This document shows, in pieces, positions 16,330 to 25,894 of a stretch of 64,000 bases of DNA. The number at the start of each line of letters is the position of its first letter. Within the stretch, counting starts at the first letter, position 1. This DNA is from Candidatus Parcubacteria bacterium (lineage in GTDB: Bacteria > Patescibacteriota > Minisyncoccia > Phycocordibacterales > PALSA-1337), in assembly GCA_963766795.1 (NCBI GenBank), contig CAVYBN010000012.1, forward strand, positions 220 through 64,219, written 5' to 3'. Position numbers and translations under genes: made by a program. The notes under the pieces are model-generated. The model was not told the DNA's origin, did not search any database, and worked only from the letters and a program-made list of their open reading frames with translations.

Positions 16330-18383
16330 TCAAAAATCTATGAACACCGCCTTCGCCCCGGTCGGTTTTTGCGGCGCGGATTCCTCGATGAGCGACGCGT
16401 CTATGTCATCTATGAATTCTGACATGGTGTTCACGCGCTCTGTTCCGTAGACCGTGCGGATGAGAGCGAATGGCTTAAATGGACTTTCTTGCGCGCGCGG
16501 GTCAGAGCGACGTAGAACAATCGACGCTCCTCCTCTGCCTCGGCCTGGCTCTGCCCTTCCTCGTCCATGTGCTTGAATGGAAAAAGGTCCTGCTCGAGGC
16601 CGGCGATGAAGACATGGTCGAATTCCAGGCCTTTCGAAGCATGGACGGTCATCAATTTTACGGCGTCATGATTTTCTTTAAGTTCGTCCTGGTCGGTTGC
16701 CAGTGCCGCGTTTTCCAGAAATGACTCTATCCCTTCTTCAGGTTTCAAATGATCATATTGCGCGGCCACGGTCACCAATTCGTGAATGTTCAAAAGCCGT
16801 TCCTCATCCTCGCTGTCGCCTTCTCGCAAGACGCGCTCCATTCCAGTCTCTTGAATGACGAATTTCACTGATTCAGAAGGCTTTTTCTCGAGGATTTCCT
16901 TCTTAATGTCGGCCAATAATTGTCGGAAGCTGGCGATCTTAGTCTTCATGCCGTCCGGCAATTCACTTTCAGAACCAGCCAGGACTTTTGCCACGGTCAC
17001 CTTGCCGATTCCCCGTGGTGGGACATTGATTATGCGCGCAATATCGGCGGCGCCAGTACCGGTGAAGTTGGAACGATTAAGATTGGCGTCGGTGGTAGCA
17101 CCCTGGATTCCCGCCTTCGCGGGAATGACAAGCGACCCTTTGTTTGGTTGCGAATCAGTATTTGAATTAAGTGCCGCTCTGATATACGACAAAACATCTT
17201 TGACCTCCTTCCTTTCGAAGAACTTCACGCCGATCAATTGGTACGGGATATTCTTCTTGATGAAAGCCTCCTCCAAAGCGCGCGATTGGAAATTCGCGCG
17301 ATAGAGGACGGCGACCTCCTTGGCCGGAGTGCCGCCGTCGATGAGATCGCGAGAGATGTCGGCAATGGCGCGCGCTTCGTCGTTCTCGTTGTACGAAGGC
17401 AGAAGCGCGATCTTTTCGCCGGTCGGGTTGTCGGTGCACAAGGTCTTCTTCTTGCGCATGGAATTCTTCTCGATGACGTCGTTGGCCGCGGCCAGGATCG
17501 TTTTGGTTGAGCGGTAGTTGGTCTCAAGCGTGATCACTGCCGCCTCCGGATAATCCTTCTCGAAATGCAAGATATTCTCGATGGTGGCGCCGCGCCAACT
17601 GTAGATATTCTGGTCGGCGTCGCCGACCACGCAAATATTACGATCAGTCCCTGCTAAGTGATTGGCTATCTCGTACTGGATCCGATTTGTATCTTGATAT
17701 TCATCGATGTGAATGTATTTCCAAATGGAATTGTAATGTCCGCGGACATCAGCGATCTTTAACAGTTCGGCCGTCTTGACCAACAAGTCGTCGAAATCCA
17801 AAGCGCCGTCTTTCTTAAGGATCGCGTCATATTTCTCCCAGACATCGGCGATCATCTCTTCCATGAAATCCTTGGCGGCGTCTTTGAAGGCCAGTGCTTG
17901 GACCCCATCGCCTTTAGCTCGCGAGATCTTATTCAAGAATACTCCCGGCTCGTATTTCTTTGGATCAATGTTGACTTGAACCATCGCTTCTTTAACGGCT
18001 CGACGCGAATCGGAGCGGTCATAGATGTTGAAATGTCGGTTCAGGCCGAGCAGGCGCGCGTTCTCGCGGATGATATGGACGCCGAGCGCGTGGAAAGTGC
18101 TCACGAACGGCCGCTCACCCATGGAGACCGGCCGATTCAAGGCCTTGTCTTCCGCGAGCAGCTTGATGACCCGCTCGCGCATCTCGCTTGCCGCCTTATT
18201 CGTGAAAGTTACGGCCAGAATCGAATGCGGCGCGACGCCTTTCTGGACCAAGTTAAGGATCCGGTGGGCGATGACGCGCGTCTTGCCGGAGCCGGCTCCG
18301 GCCACGACGAGGACAGGACCGTCGGTCGTCTCCACCGCGCGCTGTTGCTCGGGATTCAGGTTCATGTCATCGAATACTAGCAT
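16330..18383 (-). CDS. pcrA: ATP-dependent DNA helicase PcrA/UvrD family with in-frame repeat insertion; 3' end frameshifted as assembled
   Basis: LNPEQQRAVETTDGPVLVVAGAGSGKT, DEYQDTN and VHASKGLEF motifs. The C-terminal FALIRTVYGTERVNTMSEFIDDI lies in another frame that ends at 16330. The shift is near 16468-16478. Confidence 0.85.
17098..17131 (+). repeat. half copy (right hairpin) of the MITE-like element inside pcrA
   Basis: CCCTGGATTCCCGCCTTCGCGGGAATGACAA is translated in frame as SLVIPAKAGIQG within a longer helicase insert. Confidence 0.8.
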
Positions 18384-18567
18384 TCTTTTGGCCTTCCACA
18401 GGCTATGCACAGATGCGATTGACAGCTTTTGTACGATTGCTAGGCTTAATGCATAGCTAAACCTATGTGTGAATAAATGGCTCGATAGAGCCTTATTTAT
18501 TAGGTTAGAGATTTCAATGTGAGGGTTGGAGAGGCCACGAAAGTCTTGTCAGACGGCCAGTTCCATT

Positions 18568-19719
18568 ATGCAATCAAATCAGTCAGATAAAACTCCATAT
18601 TCAAGGCCTTTTAGACATCTTCTGCCTAAGACGCTCATCGCCTTTTTCTGCATGGCGATCGTCCTAGGGCTTTCCAGCACTGCCCATGCCGGCTTCTTCT
18701 CGTACCTATTTTCCGCTGGAGTCCAAGACGCCCAGGCTTCCAACCAGACTGTTTCGAAAGCCGGTTCGTCAAGCCAATCATCACAGACGATGACGATCTT
18801 GGTAGCCCCTTCATCCAATCCCCAGCTAGCGGACAATCTCGGCGCGTCATCTTTGCCGCCGATCGACGGAGAAGTCCTCTCGCCGGACTTGGCTGCCGCC
18901 GCTCAGGCTTCCGGCGTCGATTCAGCCAGCATAAAGGTCAGTTCATATACGGTCCAGTCGGACGACACGCTTTCCGGCATCGCCCTAATGTTCGACATCT
19001 CCGTGGATACCGTGAAGCAGGCAAACCCGAACATCAAAGGGATCAGTAAAGGCATCATCCAACCGGGTGACGTGCTGACGATCCTCCCAGTCACTGGGAT
19101 CTTATATACCGTCGGATCCGGCGACACTCTTTCCGGCATCGCTAAGAAGCTCAACGTCGATGCCGCCGACATCATCGCATACAATGAAGGGCTTTCGGCC
19201 TCGTCGGTTCTGGTCAAAGGCAGGGTCTTGGTCATCCCGCACGGCAAGATCTCCGTAAGCCAAGCGGCTTCGTATGTTTCGAGCCATAAGTCGAAGGTGC
19301 CCTCATTCGAGCCCTTGCTGGATCCAGTCTGGGAATGGGCGGCTGCGCCAGTAGGATATTACGCTTGTCCGGTTCCGGGAGCCCGTCTTTCCCAAGGATT
19401 GCATGGCCATAACGCCGTCGACTTGGCCATCGCTTACGGCACGCCCATCCGCGCCGCGGCCGCCGGAACGGTCATCGTCGCCAAATCGAACGGCGCTTAC
19501 AACGGCGGCTACGGCAACTTCGTGATGATCTCGCACGGCAATGGTTCGGAGACGCTCTATGCCCACATGTCGCGCACGGCAGTCTCCGTCGGCGGAGAGG
19601 TCTATCAAGGCCAGACGATCGGCTACATCGGCATGACCGGCATGACCACCGGCCCGCACACCCACTTCGAGATCCGCGGCGCGCAGAATCCGTTCGTCGA
19701 TCCGGCGCTGTGCCAGTGA
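18568..19719 (+). CDS. secreted LysM-domain M23 family metallopeptidase (peptidoglycan hydrolase)
   Basis: Two LysM repeats (YTVQSDDTLSGIALMF..., YTVGSGDTLSGIAKKL...) and an M23 core (HNAVDLA...GNFVMISHGNGSETLYAHM...GPHTHFEIR). I prefer the ATG at 18568 to the track TTG at 18526. Confidence 0.85.
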   Translation: MQSNQSDKTPYSRPFRHLLPKTLIAFFCMAIVLGLSSTAHAGFFSYLFSAGVQDAQASNQTVSKAGSSSQSSQTMTILVAPSSNPQLADNLGASSLPPIDGEVLSPDLAAAAQASGVDSASIKVSSYTVQSDDTLSGIALMFDISVDTVKQANPNIKGISKGIIQPGDVLTILPVTGILYTVGSGDTLSGIAKKLNVDAADIIAYNEGLSASSVLVKGRVLVIPHGKISVSQAASYVSSHKSKVPSFEPLLDPVWEWAAAPVGYYACPVPGARLSQGLHGHNAVDLAIAYGTPIRAAAAGTVIVAKSNGAYNGGYGNFVMISHGNGSETLYAHMSRTAVSVGGEVYQGQTIGYIGMTGMTTGPHTHFEIRGAQNPFVDPALCQ

Positions 19720-19860
19720 AGGGTTTAAGCTGTCATTTTAATCAAAGAAGAAAACCGCCTTTCGGCGGCTTTCTCTCCACGTTTCGTTTGGAATCCCCCG
19801 ACATATTCATCGGGGCAGGAATCAGTAATGAAGATAGTATAACAGATTATATTGGTTTCG

Positions 19861-20349
19861 TTAAATTTTTGCTTGAATCTTGATTTGCAATGGGATCGAG
19901 CATATCTCTTCGAAGCCTTTGTCTGTTGACGTCTCTATCACGAATCTGTATTCGCCAGGCGTCGTAAAGCTTATGGCGTTAATCATTGTGATAGCACGGA
20001 GCCTTTTGAACCCCTTCTTGAAGCTTAGAGGCAAGGGGTTTTGATTCACCATCTCTCCTTTTGGATCCGTGAATCTTATGCGCGCGTCAACGCTCATCTC
20101 TCCTTCGTTTATGTCGTCATTCCTTTGCCAAAGAGAAGTAATGGTCAGATTCAGAGGTATGGAGAATTTTTGTGGCGAGCCGTCTTTAGGACTGCGATTT
20201 TCCGCTATTTGGGGTATAGAGGTTATGGTAATCTCCTCGACGACATTAAATATAGACAGAGAATTAGTTTGCTGGTCGACAGATGAAGATGCCGATAACA
20301 CAGACCAAAGATGCTCGATCTTCTTCCCTCTTATGATTGTGTTAGGCAT
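19861..20349 (-). CDS. hypothetical beta-rich protein, third gene of the toxin-antitoxin operon
   Basis: 162-aa ORF whose start overlaps the antitoxin stop by 8 nt. I recognise no motif. Confidence 0.5.
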   Translation of the reverse strand: MPNTIIRGKKIEHLWSVLSASSSVDQQTNSLSIFNVVEEITITSIPQIAENRSPKDGSPQKFSIPLNLTITSLWQRNDDINEGEMSVDARIRFTDPKGEMVNQNPLPLSFKKGFKRLRAITMINAISFTTPGEYRFVIETSTDKGFEEICSIPLQIKIQAKI

Positions 20350-20791
20350 GGGTTTTGATTAGGTTTGAATTATTAGACATTGTGAAATTCTGTAAAATCC
20401 ACGGTTCCCGTATTTTTACATAATCTTGTTGCAGACCGATTCCCTCTAGGCGAAAAAGTTCAAACCTCTCTGTGCTCGCTTCTGTCATAAACCCAAACTT
20501 CGGCGCGATCAGATATGTTCCAAGCGCCTCGGCAATCCTTTCGAGGAAACTTAGGCTCGGCAAAGTCGCGCCGCTCTCGACTCTGGCGATGCTTGGCTGA
20601 CGGGTTCCTACCAAATCAGCAAGGTCTTTCTGACTCAAGTTCCTGTACACTCTTGCTTCTGTGATCAATTGGCTTGTCTCGAATCTAAGATTTTTCTTCT
20701 GATATTCCTTTCTAAAATCCTCGTTCTCTAGCTGTTGTTTTTTGTATTCTTTGAAGTTCATGTTTTTGTGTTTCAATGGCTCCTTTTCCAA
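20342..20791 (-). CDS. XRE-family HTH antitoxin (HigA-like)
   Basis: LSQKDLADLVGTRQPSIARVESGATLPSLSFLERIAEAL is a classic XRE helix-turn-helix. It lies immediately downstream of the toxin. An alternative start is MNFKEYKK at 20761. Confidence 0.7.
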   Translation of the reverse strand: MEKEPLKHKNMNFKEYKKQQLENEDFRKEYQKKNLRFETSQLITEARVYRNLSQKDLADLVGTRQPSIARVESGATLPSLSFLERIAEALGTYLIAPKFGFMTEASTERFELFRLEGIGLQQDYVKIREPWILQNFTMSNNSNLIKTHA

Positions 20792-21132
20792 TGGTCCGCT
20801 CTTTCGATTGCTTGGGCTTTGTATCTTGATATGCCCCGGGTTCCACTGCCTTGGAACATCACCAGTCCGATCAGTTTTTGTTTACAGATCACGCACAACA
20901 TCCTGTAGGGTGGTTGGGAATAGTATTTTAATTCGAGGATCAGCATGTCAGTCCCTTCCACGGGTTCGAGATGTTTCGATTTCCGTAGCTGACTGATTGT
21001 GAGCCTTTCAAAATACTCATTCTTTTTTATGATCCAGCTCCTATCTTTTAAAGGTAGGCCATTCAAATAATCGTCAATCGGACTATTATCTAGGCCATCG
21101 TTCCAGAACTCTATGTCTATTTGATAATCCAT
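20773..21132 (-). CDS. RelE/HigB-superfamily toxin, phage Gp49-like
   Basis: 119 aa. The pattern ...LEPVEGTDMLILELKYYSQPPYRMLCVICKQKLIGLVMF resembles Gp49/HigB-type toxins. The toxin-first gene order is typical of HigBA. Confidence 0.6.
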   Translation of the reverse strand: MDYQIDIEFWNDGLDNSPIDDYLNGLPLKDRSWIIKKNEYFERLTISQLRKSKHLEPVEGTDMLILELKYYSQPPYRMLCVICKQKLIGLVMFQGSGTRGISRYKAQAIERADHWKRSH

Positions 21133-21145
21133 ATTATTAAAGTAT

Positions 21146-21205
21146 TATGGTCGACCATACCCATAACAATATTGTTATACTAACAAATAATTACCTTTGG
21201 TGCAA
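21146..21205 (-). promoter_or_regulatory. candidate TA promoter (TTGCAC-17-TAGTAT) with two perfect palindromic operators
   Basis: Palindromes TATGGTCGACCATA (21146-21159) and ATAACAATATTGTTAT (21163-21178) lie between or overlap the -10 (21177-21182) and the toxin ATG (21132). The -35 is at 21200-21205. Confidence 0.45.
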
Positions 21206-21223
21206 GTGATTGATTGTGTTATC

Positions 21224-22756
21224 TCACTCCCCCTCCATCTTCTGCCGGTAATGCAAAGCTTCCAGGATGTGCGTCTCCTGGATGTTTTCTTGATTACTCA
21301 AATCGGCGATGGTGCGGGCGACCTTGATGATGCGGTGGAAAGCGCGGCCGGAGAGCGAGAGCTTGTGCGCCGCGGCGGTCAGAGTCCGCCGAGCCGCGTC
21401 TGGAAGCGCGATCATCTTCTCGATGTCGCGCGCGTTCATCTCGCTGTTGTATCTTTTAGACAGGCCGTGCGCCTTGAAGCGCGCTGCTTGGATCTCGCGG
21501 GCGGCCGTCACCCGCGCGCGGATGTCGGCCGACGATTCCGATGAAGGGTCCGGCGCCGACAGTTTCTCGTAGTCTACTTTATTCACGTTCATCCAGATGT
21601 CCAAGCGATCCATGATCGGCCCGGAGACGCGCCGGCGGTAGGCGCGCAGGATGCCGGCGGTGCAGGTACAGCCGCCGCCTTTCGGCTTGCCGCAGGGGCA
21701 GGGATTCATGGAAGCGATGAGGATGGTCTGCGCCGGAAATTCGACCGAGCCGCGCGCGCGGGATATGGTGATGGTCTTCTCTTCCAGAGGCTGGCGCAGG
21801 GCCTCAATCACGGAGCGGTCGAACTCCGGGAATTCGTCCAGGAAAAGTACGCCGCGATGAGCCAAGGTGATCTCGCCGGGCCGCGGGAATGCTCCGCCGC
21901 CGACGATGGCCGGATACGAAGCAGTGTGATGCGGCGCGCGGAAAGGCGGCCGCGTGATCAGGCTGTTTCCCAGCGTCCGTGCCGCCGAATGGATGCCGGT
22001 GACCTCGACGGCTTCTTCGCGCGACAAGGGCGGCAGGATCGACAGGAAGCTCTGGGCCAGCATGGTCTTACCGGTGCCAGGCGGTCCGAACAAGAGGATA
22101 TTGTGCGCTCCGGCGGCGGCGATCTCGAGTCCGCGCTTGGCGGTCTCGTTGCCGCGGATAAGCCGCATGTCGGGTACGTCCGATGCTTCGTCGGCGGATC
22201 CAAGCTCTTCTCTCGGCGCTACCGGTTCGATGTTCCCTTTTCCTTCGAGACAATCGATGACTTCACGCAAAGACGAGACGGCGTAGACCCGGATGCCGGA
22301 GGCCAGAGAAGCCTCGATGGCGTTGTCTGCCGGCACGAATGCCCGGTCGAATCCGCGCGCAGCGGCTTGGACCAGGATCGAGAGGACGCCGGCCACTTTG
22401 CGCAGGTTTCCTTCGAGCGATAATTCGCCGAGGAAGAGCGTGCCAGTCGGGTCGAATCCGATGTCTCCGGCCGCGGCGAGATACGCCAGAGCCATGGGCA
22501 GGTCGAAAGCCGGGCCTTCCTTGCGCACGTCGGCCGGAGCCAGGGAGATGACGACTTTCTGGTTCTTCTGCTTGGGAGAGACATAGCCGGAATTCTTGAT
22601 GGCCGCCGAGATGCGGTCTTTGGCTTCTTCCACGGCGCGGTCGCCCAAGCCCACGATGGACACGGCATTCAAGCCGTTGGATATGTCCACTTCTACGGTG
22701 ACGATCTCGGCCAAAAGCCCGGTGATGTGCGCGCTCTCACAGGTGGCGATGTTCAT
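21224..22756 (-). CDS. comM: YifB/ComM family Mg-chelatase-like ATPase
   Basis: 510 aa with N-terminal Lon-like domain, Walker A LFGPPGTGKT, GVLFLDEFPEF, and a C-terminal Mg_chelatase_C-like region. Confidence 0.85.
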   Translation of the reverse strand: MNIATCESAHITGLLAEIVTVEVDISNGLNAVSIVGLGDRAVEEAKDRISAAIKNSGYVSPKQKNQKVVISLAPADVRKEGPAFDLPMALAYLAAAGDIGFDPTGTLFLGELSLEGNLRKVAGVLSILVQAAARGFDRAFVPADNAIEASLASGIRVYAVSSLREVIDCLEGKGNIEPVAPREELGSADEASDVPDMRLIRGNETAKRGLEIAAAGAHNILLFGPPGTGKTMLAQSFLSILPPLSREEAVEVTGIHSAARTLGNSLITRPPFRAPHHTASYPAIVGGGAFPRPGEITLAHRGVLFLDEFPEFDRSVIEALRQPLEEKTITISRARGSVEFPAQTILIASMNPCPCGKPKGGGCTCTAGILRAYRRRVSGPIMDRLDIWMNVNKVDYEKLSAPDPSSESSADIRARVTAAREIQAARFKAHGLSKRYNSEMNARDIEKMIALPDAARRTLTAAAHKLSLSGRAFHRIIKVARTIADLSNQENIQETHILEALHYRQKMEGE

Positions 22757-22892
22757 CCCGCCATTCTACGCCGGGGGACATTAAGAAACCCTTAAGAAAA
22801 GTTAAAATTTTCGTGAAGAAAAGTTAAAATTTTCGTGAAGAAAAATACGATGGCGTAGAGCCATCGTTACGAAATAACTAGCTACGCAGTCT

Positions 22893-23255
22893 TCAATGCC
22901 CGTGCTTTATCGAGATCCTGGCAGAAGGATTGGCTTCGAGGCGCTCGAGCTCGATGGGCTGTCCGCAGGCTTCGCAGATGCCGTAGGTGCCCTTATCGAT
23001 GCGCTCCAGGGCGGCGCTGACTTCGAAAAGCTGGTGTTCGAGCTTGTCGGCGATGCCGCTATTGTCATCCAATTCCTCGAGCTTGTCGGCGACCTCGTTC
23101 TCGTCGGCGGCGTCCACTTGCATGCCGCCGCTGGTGGCTTCCCATCCGGAAGAAGTGCCGGAGCTCTTTTCTGCCACCGTGGGCAGGTCCTCCTCTAATC
23201 GGGCTTTCTCCGCCAGAAGTGCTTTCTTGAATCGTTCGATGTCTCGCTTATTCAT
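22893..23255 (-). CDS. DksA/TraR family C4-type zinc-finger protein
   Basis: Coiled-coil N-terminus followed by GTYGICEACGQPIELERLEANP. Confidence 0.75.
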   Translation of the reverse strand: MNKRDIERFKKALLAEKARLEEDLPTVAEKSSGTSSGWEATSGGMQVDAADENEVADKLEELDDNSGIADKLEHQLFEVSAALERIDKGTYGICEACGQPIELERLEANPSARISIKHGH

Positions 23256-23264
23256 GAGGCAATT

Positions 23265-25145
23265 CTAGCGCATGAAAGCCTGTTGTTCAAGCCTGTTGAT
23301 TATCTCGGAAAGAGCGGCCTCGTTGCCAGCGATCGCCAGCTTCGAGCTGTCGATGAATGAGTACAGGAACGGCACTTGTCCGTCCTGCGAGGTGAATTTA
23401 CGGACATCGGCGTTCTTGACGATGCGGTCCTCGAATTGGCCGCGGATGACGGTCGAAGTCGCTTGCGCGTAGAGATACGGCTCTAGGTCCTGCGGCATGG
23501 TGGCTTCCCATTGGAGCATGCCGGCGAAAGCGTTCTGGAAGAAATCAGTCTCGACGATGACGAACAGGCTCTTGCCTCCCGTGGCGTCGGCATATACGCC
23601 AAGCATCCATTGCGACTGGAGCGTCCGAACGATCATGTCGGGTGCGGGTATGTCCATGGTGGAGAGGATGCCGGCCGGATCGGCGCGGACCAAGGCGCCA
23701 TTCTGCGTTTCAGCCAGGACTATCTCCTTCATCGTGCCGGGCGCTTGAGGCTTGGCCATCTCGGCTCTGACTTTCGAGGCGATGGCGCTGCCGGAGAGGC
23801 CGTCGATCGCGATCACGGTCTGCGATTCGGCTTTGACAATGGATTGCGGCGCTTGCGGAGCCACCGGTTGCGGAGCTGGGGCGGCCAAGGGGCTCTTCTC
23901 ATAGAAATAATATCCGCCGAACGCTCCTGCCGCGATCATGATCAGGCTGAATATGACCAAGAAGAGCTTGCGGCCGGCATGCGAAGGCGGTTCCGTCGTC
24001 TCTCTGATCGCTTCGGCGATGTCGACAGGTTGCATCGTCGGTATCGACGGCGCTTGTTCGGATGGCTGAGCGACAGGCATTTCTTCGCGGGGTTGTTTTT
24101 CATTACCGGTGACGGGAATCTGGTTTTGAGGGATGTCCGCCATTGTGCGGGCCTTTTCCTCCTTGCCGCGCCTTTTATTCTCGGCGATGGTCATGGAAGC
24201 CTGCGAGATATTCCTGTGCGAGAGGACGTCGGCCACGTCGCTCTCATAGGTGCGCAATGGCTTGATGTTCGGGTCGGACGAGATCTTCGGCGGCTTTGGC
24301 GTTGAGTCTGGCGCAAACGGCGCAGAATCGGGCGGCTGCGGTTTCGCAGTTGTTGAAGGATAGGCCGGGAATCTTTGGTCCGCGGGAGCTGTCGACGGTG
24401 CGGCCTGCGAAGCTGTCGGCGCTGGCGCGGCAGAAGAAGACATCGGCCACTTGAGCGCGGTAGCTATCGGCGGAATGGTAGGCGAGGGATCCTTGATCGC
24501 CACCGGCGGGATCGGAGGCGTCGAAGTTGACGGCGCAGGCGTTGGTGTTGGCGCAGGCATAGGCGTCATTGATTGCTGCGGAGATTTTGCCGGAATCGGA
24601 GATGTTGGTGAAGGCTGCCGTTTAATAGGTATTGGAATTGTCGGCACAGCCGTTGGAGCCAATGGTTTTGCCGCCTGACCCGGCATGTCCGCGCGCAATC
24701 TTTCCGGGATTATGTTCGCGACGGCCTCTTGTAGATTCTGGCGGTTCTGCGCGACCGATGCAGTCGTTGTCCGCGCTTGATTCTCGGCCATGATGCCGTA
24801 GGCTTCGCCGATCTTCTTAGGCTGGGGGTTGGCCGGGGCGGTCTTGTGCGTCGCCGGGTCACTTGAAGCCGCCGGTACCGCTTGGGATCGCGTCGACGCC
24901 GCCGGATCAGCTTTCTCTTCCGAGATGTTCAGATCATCGGATATGTCGAATACGCGCGCCTCTTCTTCCTCGGCCTGCGAATCCGCTTCCGGTTCTCTGG
25001 GCTCGACCGGAAGGCCTTGCACGGGCAGGCCATCGTCATCGCCAGCCGGAGCTTGCGGATCCACTGGCGGCGTTATGATCACTCCGTCTTCGTCCATGCT
25101 GTTGTTCTCGTCCATTCCGGTATTATAGCGCAGATATATGGTCAT
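23265..25145 (-). CDS. proline-rich single-pass membrane protein of unknown function
   Basis: 626-aa ORF with a long P/A/S/T-rich N-half, the TM segment LFLVIFSLIMIAAGAFGGYYF, and a globular C-half. Confidence 0.5.
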   Translation of the reverse strand: MTIYLRYNTGMDENNSMDEDGVIITPPVDPQAPAGDDDGLPVQGLPVEPREPEADSQAEEEEARVFDISDDLNISEEKADPAASTRSQAVPAASSDPATHKTAPANPQPKKIGEAYGIMAENQARTTTASVAQNRQNLQEAVANIIPERLRADMPGQAAKPLAPTAVPTIPIPIKRQPSPTSPIPAKSPQQSMTPMPAPTPTPAPSTSTPPIPPVAIKDPSPTIPPIATALKWPMSSSAAPAPTASQAAPSTAPADQRFPAYPSTTAKPQPPDSAPFAPDSTPKPPKISSDPNIKPLRTYESDVADVLSHRNISQASMTIAENKRRGKEEKARTMADIPQNQIPVTGNEKQPREEMPVAQPSEQAPSIPTMQPVDIAEAIRETTEPPSHAGRKLFLVIFSLIMIAAGAFGGYYFYEKSPLAAPAPQPVAPQAPQSIVKAESQTVIAIDGLSGSAIASKVRAEMAKPQAPGTMKEIVLAETQNGALVRADPAGILSTMDIPAPDMIVRTLQSQWMLGVYADATGGKSLFVIVETDFFQNAFAGMLQWEATMPQDLEPYLYAQATSTVIRGQFEDRIVKNADVRKFTSQDGQVPFLYSFIDSSKLAIAGNEAALSEIINRLEQQAFMR

Positions 25146-25185
25146 CCATATAGCTGGAAAAGCGAAAGCGGAGAGATCTGATTAT

Positions 25186-25860
25186 TCAAAAGAAATCTTT
25201 TGCATCCGGATTAGTCTGGTTTCCTTGGTTAGGAGCGTCTCCCCACGGATTCCTATTCCTTTTAATCTCTGCATTATTCGGTTCGCCAAAGGTTCCCACT
25301 GAATGATTGCCAACGCCCTGACGACTATCCGTAGGTTTTTCCATGGATTTTCTAATGGACTCTGCCGCATGCGCTGCCCTCAATTCATCTTTCGTGTAAT
25401 CATCCGGGCTGATTGGCACATATTGTCCATCAATCTTTATCTCAACCGGAACTCCGCCAGACGAAGTGAAGATTATCTCGCTGTCCGCTCTGACTTTTAG
25501 GCCTTTTTTAATCGCCAATTCGATCGCTCGGTAGCGCGTTAATTCTCGGAAATCGTTTCCAAAGACGCCGCTCCCCATAGCTTCGTGATATAAGGCGAGT
25601 TTTTTCTGGTCAAGGATGGTCCTGCTCTCGTTTCTCTCCAGATCTCCGGCCAGATCGCTCTGCTTCTCAAAACGGTCAGGCTTATCAGCTTGAGCGCCGG
25701 GATTTTCCGGATGATCTCCACAGCCAACGGCTCCGATGGCGACGGCGCCTGTAGCCAAAGCGACTTGCGTTGCCGTGCGCAATTTATTCCCCAATGACCT
25801 GCTCTTAGCCGCATCTTCGGCCTTAGGCTCATTGTCTTGTTTAAAGCTTTCGGAGCTCAT
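25186..25860 (-). CDS. hypothetical lipoprotein candidate
   Basis: 224-aa ORF with the lipobox-like ATGAVAIGAVGCG near the N-terminus. Confidence 0.45.
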   Translation of the reverse strand: MSSESFKQDNEPKAEDAAKSRSLGNKLRTATQVALATGAVAIGAVGCGDHPENPGAQADKPDRFEKQSDLAGDLERNESRTILDQKKLALYHEAMGSGVFGNDFRELTRYRAIELAIKKGLKVRADSEIIFTSSGGVPVEIKIDGQYVPISPDDYTKDELRAAHAAESIRKSMEKPTDSRQGVGNHSVGTFGEPNNAEIKRNRNPWGDAPNQGNQTNPDAKDFF

Positions 25861-25894
25861 GAGTCTATTATAGCAAGAAATCTAGAACCCCTCT

